Part shown: one piece after another, positions 59,517 to 64,000 of the stretch
Numbering within the stretch: position 1 is the first letter of the stretch
Layout of the letters: each line of letters begins with the position of its first letter
Assembly: GCA_963752475.1 (NCBI GenBank)
Contig: CAVVYR010000032.1
Location: forward strand, 15,972-79,971
Reading direction: 5' to 3'
Source: an uncultured Chloroflexia bacterium
GTDB taxonomy: Bacteria; Chloroflexota; Limnocylindria; Limnocylindrales; CSP1-4
Length of the DNA stretch: 64,000 nucleotides
Notes under the pieces: generated by a model
Database searches by the model: none
What the model was told of the DNA's origin: nothing
What the model saw: the letters and a program-made list of their open reading frames with translations, nothing else
Position numbers and translations under genes: made by a program

Positions 59517-61367
59517 CTATCGCGGTCGGCGGTCGTCCTCTTCGGGCTCGATGGGCAGTGCGATCCACGGCCGGTCGTCGGCATCTGCGCGGATCTCGTC
59601 GGAGCGGCTCGCGCCACGGCCTGGTGCCCGGTAGTCGGCAGCCGGGCGATCGGTGGTGTCGTTGCCCGGGGGCGTGACGCTCGACTGGCCGTCGGTGCGG
59701 GTGAGCCAGGGCTGGTCGGGCGCCTCGACCGCCGTGCGCGTGCGGGTCGGCGGTTCGGGCGGCTCCTCGGGCGGCAGCGCCTTGGGTCGTGGCGGCTCGG
59801 GTCGTGGGGACTCAGGTGCTCGGGTGGACTCGGTCACCCCGGTCGACCACGGCGGGGCGACATCCTCGTCGGGCTCGACGGGGATGGTGGAGCGGTCGGA
59901 ACGACGCTGGTCGTCGGGCTCGACGGGGATGGTGGAGCGGTCGGAACGTCGTCGGTCGGCCGGGTCGGTGCGAGTGCCGGCGGCCGGCTCGCCATGGACG
60001 CGGACGCTGCCTTCGGTGCGACCACGCCACGGGGCAGGATCGCCGCCGGTACGAGCGGAGTCGGCTGGGGTCAGTTGCACCAGGTCGTGCGAGTCGGCAT
60101 CGATGTCGGTCGCCACCCGCTCGGTGCGCATCTGGTAGCCCACGATGCGGTTCTTGCCCCGACGTTTCGCCTCGTACATGGCCACGTCGGCTGCGGCCAC
60201 CAGTTGCTCGATGGTGCCGCCATCGTCGGGATAGGCCACCAGGCCCACCGACACCGAGGAGCGGACGTTGCGATCGGGCGCATTCAGCGTCAGCGAGAAG
60301 ATGTCGCGACGCAGCTTCTCACCCACGACGTAGCCGCCGGCCGCGTCGGTCTCGGGCAGCAGCACCACGAACTCGTCACCACCGTAGCGAGCGGCGGCGT
60401 CGGTGAAGCGGATGGTACGGCGGATGGTGTCAGCGACGCCCTTGAGCAGCCGGTCTCCCCACTGGTGCCCGAAGGTGTCGTTCACCGGCTTGAGGTCATC
60501 GAGGTCCAGCATCAACAGCGTGAAGCCGCGACCCATGCGATCCGAGCGGCGGATCTCCTGCTCCATGGTGGTGAAGAAGAAGGCGCGGTTGTAGAGACCG
60601 GTCAGGGCATCGAAGCGCGATGCGCGCAGGGCTTCGTCACGAGCGTGGCGCTGCGAGCGCGCGGCGGCGGTGGCGATGTCGGCGAGGAGGATGAGCGAGA
60701 CGGCGTTGATGCCGACCCAAGCCAGCGCCTCCGGTTCGAGCGGACCACTGACGACGGCATCGAAGAGGCCGACCGCGGCGATGGTCACCGCCCCCACCAG
60801 GGCCACGGCCAGCGGCGCCCGGCCTTCCGAGGACAACGCCGTCCCCGCGGCCACGAGGTAGAAGCCCACGAGGAACGGGCTCCCGGCCCCACCGGTGAGC
60901 ACCATCAGCAGGCCCAGGAAGACGATCGCGCCGATGCCCTCGAGCGGGCGGCGGTAGTGCCCGAAGGCAGCCGGCGGCACCATGTCCATGAACAGGACGA
61001 CGAGCAGCATGCCCGCGGACAGGAGCGTGAAGATGCCTGGCTCGTTCTCCGGCCACGCGCGCGTGAGCGCCACCACCACGGCCACAGCCGCGAGGAAGAG
61101 CAGGGCCACGACACGGGCCACCTGGCGAGTGCTGGCGGGCGAGATGAAGGTCGTGCTGCTGCGCATGGCGGCCGTGGCGGGGCCGGTCGCCGGCTCCCGA
61201 TCGTCGCGGTCGCGCAGTCGGAGGTCCATGAGGTCCGGGTTCTGCTTCGCCGGCCCAGTGTCGCCGCCGCCACGCACCGCGCTCGACGTGGCATAGGCCA
61301 CCGTCACCGCAACGGCGGCGATGACGATGAGCCCGACGACGAGCAGGATGATCTGGTCAGAGGACAC
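59517..61367 (-). CDS. Membrane-bound diguanylate cyclase (GGDEF) with a long disordered C-terminus
   Basis: TM segments, DALTGLYNR, DLD.LK.VND.FGH..GD, RxxD I-site (RFTD), RYGGDEF and AD.AMY.AK..GKN. Confidence 0.92.
   Translation of the reverse strand: MSSDQIILLVVGLIVIAAVAVTVAYATSSAVRGGGDTGPAKQNPDLMDLRLRDRDDREPATGPATAAMRSSTTFISPASTRQVARVVALLFLAAVAVVVALTRAWPENEPGIFTLLSAGMLLVVLFMDMVPPAAFGHYRRPLEGIGAIVFLGLLMVLTGGAGSPFLVGFYLVAAGTALSSEGRAPLAVALVGAVTIAAVGLFDAVVSGPLEPEALAWVGINAVSLILLADIATAAARSQRHARDEALRASRFDALTGLYNRAFFFTTMEQEIRRSDRMGRGFTLLMLDLDDLKPVNDTFGHQWGDRLLKGVADTIRRTIRFTDAAARYGGDEFVVLLPETDAAGGYVVGEKLRRDIFSLTLNAPDRNVRSSVSVGLVAYPDDGGTIEQLVAAADVAMYEAKRRGKNRIVGYQMRTERVATDIDADSHDLVQLTPADSARTGGDPAPWRGRTEGSVRVHGEPAAGTRTDPADRRRSDRSTIPVEPDDQRRSDRSTIPVEPDEDVAPPWSTGVTESTRAPESPRPEPPRPKALPPEEPPEPPTRTRTAVEAPDQPWLTRTDGQSSVTPPGNDTTDRPAADYRAPGRGASRSDEIRADADDRPWIALPIEPEEDDRRPR
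59866..59948. repeat. 45-bp-period in-frame tandem duplication in the GGDEF tail
   Basis: TCGTCGGGCTCGACGGGGATGGTGGAGCGGTCGGAACG occurs at 59866 and 59911, encoding RRSDRSTIPVEPD twice. Confidence 0.9.
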
Positions 61368-61533
61368 GCACTACCCCATGTACCCGCGCACGCGGGTCGT
61401 TCGTGGCGAGGCAGGCAAGGTCGCCACAAGTACTCCCTTCACGCTGGCCGAATGGTACTGCCCGGGCCGACCTTGCCGTGCTCCCCCTCGGTGCTAGTGT
61501 GGACCGCAGGCAACGTCATGCGCTGAGGTAGAG

Positions 61534-61833
61534 ATGAGCGAACCCGCCCGATCCGAACAGGCCTGCCCCGTCTGCTCGCAGCACACGCTGGCCCTGGACA
61601 AGCCGCCTGAGATCGACGTCATGGGCGTCCAGCAGTACAGCGACATGCTGGGCATGGGTGACCTCGAGAACGAGGGTCCGTTGGGCATCGTCTGCCTCAA
61701 CTGCAAGACGCACTGGCGCGACAAGGCGGCCTTCGATCGCGGGGAGCCGGACCCTGACGAGGGCGCCGATGCGCCCGTTGACGTGGACTTCGACGACGAC
61801 GCCAGTGCCGGTGGAGATGTCGTCGACGAGTGA
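61534..61833 (+). CDS. Small hypothetical Zn-ribbon-like protein with acidic tail
   Basis: CPVC...CLNC pair, D/E-rich C-terminus, GAGG RBS and GTGA overlap with the next gene. Confidence 0.7.
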   Translation: MSEPARSEQACPVCSQHTLALDKPPEIDVMGVQQYSDMLGMGDLENEGPLGIVCLNCKTHWRDKAAFDRGEPDPDEGADAPVDVDFDDDASAGGDVVDE

Positions 61834-62609
61834 CCCCACCGCCAGCCGAGGGACCTGAGGGTGGCCTCTTCCTGACCCGGGAGGGAGCGCCGCGCGCCTT
61901 CGTCATCGTCTCGAGCGCGCGCTCGGGCTCCAATCTGCTCGTGTCGTACCTGCGCCAGGTGGCCGAGGCCGCCTGTTTCGGTGAGATCCTGCGGGGCGAG
62001 TTCCCCTCGAAGCCCGGCTGGGACAAGCTGGTCAAGCGACTGGCTCTGCCGGAGTCGGCGCGCGAGCTGCATCGTCACGACCTGGTGGCCTTCTGGGAGC
62101 TGTTCCTGGCCCAGGCGTTACGCCGTCGGCGCTGGGTCGGCGCCAAGGTCTTCTACTACCACCGTGAGGACGACGCGGTCTGGTCGCGTTTCGCGGCGCC
62201 CGACCATCGAGTGCTCCATCTGTGGCGTGATTCGACGTTCGACCAGTACGTCTCTCGGCTGCTGGCGGTCGAGAGCGGCGAGTGGAAAGCCGGCGATGGT
62301 GCGGCCGAGCCGCGGGTGACCTTCGACCGGGACGACTACCTGCGCTACCGCGACGGGATCCGGACGGGCTTCGAGCGGACCAGGGAGCGCTACAGCGGCA
62401 GCGAGCGGTTCGTGGACATCGAGTACCGGCAGCTGACCGATCACGCGTACGTCGAGGGCTTGCTGCAGCGGCTCTTCGGGGAGCGGATCTCGGTGGAGGA
62501 GACGCTGCGGCGTCAGCGTGGCCGGCCCAAGCTCGAGTACCTCACGAACCCCGAGGCTGCGGAGCGGTTCTCTGGCGATACGCTGACTGGGGGCTTCGAG
62601 GCGGGCTGA
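61830..62609 (+). CDS. PAPS-dependent sulfotransferase (Stf0/NodH-like)
   Basis: 5'-PSB loop SSARSGSNLL, GEI, G.K.F and 3'-PB motif HLWR....QYVS..A..SG.W. Confidence 0.75.
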   Translation: MTPPPAEGPEGGLFLTREGAPRAFVIVSSARSGSNLLVSYLRQVAEAACFGEILRGEFPSKPGWDKLVKRLALPESARELHRHDLVAFWELFLAQALRRRRWVGAKVFYYHREDDAVWSRFAAPDHRVLHLWRDSTFDQYVSRLLAVESGEWKAGDGAAEPRVTFDRDDYLRYRDGIRTGFERTRERYSGSERFVDIEYRQLTDHAYVEGLLQRLFGERISVEETLRRQRGRPKLEYLTNPEAAERFSGDTLTGGFEAG

Positions 62610-62613
62610 GCTC

Positions 62614-62748
62614 GCGCTGCCCCGTGCGCGCTGCCCCGTGCCCGTCATCCCGTGCGCGCTGCCCCGTCCGGCCATCCCGTGCGCGCTGCCCCGTCCGGCC
62701 ATCCCGTGCGCGCTGCCCCGTCCGGCCATCCCGTGCGCGAGGCCCCGT
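62614..62748. repeat. 27-bp tandem repeat (3 perfect units plus degenerate flanking units)
   Basis: CATCCCGTGCGCGCTGCCCCGTCCGGC at 62646, 62673 and 62700, with partial copies on both sides. Confidence 0.92.
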
Positions 62749-62773
62749 AGTCATCCGTCGTCTCGGCCGACGC

Positions 62774-63018
62774 TGTCGCGCATCGTGCGATGTCTTGTAG
62801 TCAGCTGTCGCCCCGGTCGACCCTACGGCTGGCGAACCCCCTTTCATGTGGACATATGTCGCGCTGGCCGACGCTCGTCCGACTCGGGCCATCTGCCTTA
62901 GGGACTACCGTCGACGGGGGCGACGTGTGGCCGACTGGAGCAACTGTTCCCCTCTCGGAAGCAGGCTGGGACGGGTGGTTCGTGGCTACAAGCCATCGCT
63001 GTGTCGATGCGGGCGACA
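62774..63018. other. Nested inverted-repeat element (possible structured RNA or REP/MITE-like unit)
   Basis: Outer arms 62774-62803 / 62983-63018, inner arms 62807-62821 / 62910-62924 and 62821-62829 / 62895-62903. Confidence 0.5.
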
Positions 63019-63069
63019 TCTGACGACATCAGCACCGCACAGCAGGCGATCGCCCAGAGAGCTGCCGGA

Positions 63070-63423
63070 TCAGATCCCGCGCTGGCCGAGCATGAACATC
63101 AGCGCCAGGCTGGTGAGCACAGCGAGGCCGAAGAGGATGGCCACGATCCCGCCGACGCCGAAGCCGAAGGCCAGCACGCCCACGAACCAGACCGCGAGTT
63201 CCACGCCGAGCCGGGCGGGGTCGTCGAGCCGCTGGGAGGCTTTGGGTGCCACGAAGAGGCCCCAGATGGTGACGACGATGGCGATGAGCACGATCGCGAT
63301 GGGGAGCCCGATGAGCAGGCTGTCCGTGGCGCCGATGCCGAAGAGGAGCAGCGCCAGGAGCACGAGCAGCTCGAGCACGAAGCGGAAGCCGGCGTTGAGG
63401 TTGCGCATCGTCGCTTCAGTCAT
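63070..63423 (-). CDS. YrdB/DUF2568 family membrane protein
   Basis: N..LRF.LEL-like start, WGLFVAPKA and R..VEL..F, with four TM segments. Confidence 0.8.
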   Translation of the reverse strand: MTEATMRNLNAGFRFVLELLVLLALLLFGIGATDSLLIGLPIAIVLIAIVVTIWGLFVAPKASQRLDDPARLGVELAVWFVGVLAFGFGVGGIVAILFGLAVLTSLALMFMLGQRGI

Positions 63424-63919
63424 GGGCTCGTGCCCTCCCCTCGATCTCGGCCGCCCGGGCGGCTTCCTCCGCGGCATCGGTGGTACGCACCTCGGCCTCG
63501 AGGCGCAACAGCTGGGTCACCGACAGGATGACCGACTGCAGGCGCTCGGTGAGGCGCCGCTTCATGAGCCGAGAGACGGGACCGGTCATCTCGGCGAGGA
63601 CCGTGACGTGAGTGCCGTTGTCGGTCGACTCCAGGATCCAGGCCTGCTGCTCAGCGAGAACCAGCACGCGGCCCTTCCATGAGAAGGAACGAGGGCTATC
63701 GATGGAGGTGAAGCGGCACTTGAGCGTGCCGATCTCGGTCGAGAAACGGAACCTGGCGCCGACCTCGAGTTCCTCGTCACGGGCGGCATGCCGGATGGCG
63801 GGGTTCCATGTAGGCCAGGAGGCGACGTCAGTCAAGATCGCCCAGACCTCGGGTCGAGGGGCGGCGATGTCGATCTCGGCGTAGGCGCTGACCGGCGCTG
63901 ATGACTTCGGCTGCTCCAC
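63416..63919 (-). CDS. SRPBCC (polyketide cyclase/START-like) family protein
   Basis: I.IAAP..EVW..LTDV..WP.WNP, G.RF and F.W.G. Confidence 0.85.
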   Translation of the reverse strand: MEQPKSSAPVSAYAEIDIAAPRPEVWAILTDVASWPTWNPAIRHAARDEELEVGARFRFSTEIGTLKCRFTSIDSPRSFSWKGRVLVLAEQQAWILESTDNGTHVTVLAEMTGPVSRLMKRRLTERLQSVILSVTQLLRLEAEVRTTDAAEEAARAAEIEGRARAHD

Positions 63920-63962
63920 GCATGGATGCTACCGCGGCCGCGGCCGGCTCAAGAAGGGAAAG

Positions 63963-64000
63963 TGGTCGGGGTGGCGGGGATCGAACCCGCGACCTCATGC
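63963..64000 (-). tRNA. tRNA 3' half (truncated by window edge), probably tRNA-Pro
   Basis: Reverse complement GCATGAGGTCGCGGGTTCGATCCCCGCCACCCCGACCA shows the T-arm, an acceptor ending CCCCG-A-CCA (G72/A73 as in Pro) and encoded CCA. The anticodon is outside the window. Confidence 0.85.

Noticed and set aside
62614-62748. CRISPR array
   Set aside because: Units are contiguous with no unique spacers, and there are no cas genes in the window.

Overview
High-GC bacterial DNA. Gene style, protein families and frequent leaderless starts suggest a Chloroflexota-type (possibly Limnocylindria) or actinobacterial genome; this is an inference. The window is bracketed by two minus-strand tRNA genes: a complete tRNA-Pro(CGG) at 414-490 and the 3' half of a second, probably Pro, tRNA at the right edge. 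The left tRNA abuts what looks like a decayed prophage end: a tape-measure-like fragment fused to a recombinase C-terminus whose stop codon lies inside the tRNA. Most of 0.7-52 kb is made of three uncharacterised carbohydrate-catabolic clusters. (A) 0.7-13 kb: two aminotransferases, GH4, ROK kinase, Fe-ADH/G1PDH-like enzyme, DeoR, ABC transporter, SDR and FGGY kinase. (B) 20-33 kb: PHP protein, aldolase/SrlD-like fusion, SorE-like reductase, RhaB-like kinase, ketose 3-epimerase and a Rha/Lsr-type ABC transporter, read as a candidate PTS-independent sorbose-type route. (C) 33.7-49.7 kb: aldose dehydrogenase, split transketolase, SDRs, a complete ferredoxin/reductase/cytochrome P450 set, creatininase-like amidase, lactonase, a second Rha-type ABC transporter and a UROD/MtaA-family protein, read as a candidate P450-dependent pathway for a modified sugar. 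Housekeeping genes are interspersed: PRTase, FabL-like ENR, ppc, glnA, resB, a Cys/Met PLP lyase, a GGDEF protein and a sulfotransferase. Five genes carry single extra bases, probably assembly errors. There are several operators with no regulator in the window, a GlnR-like box, a 27-bp tandem repeat and two long palindromic intergenic elements. No CRISPR array, rRNA or intact transposase was seen.
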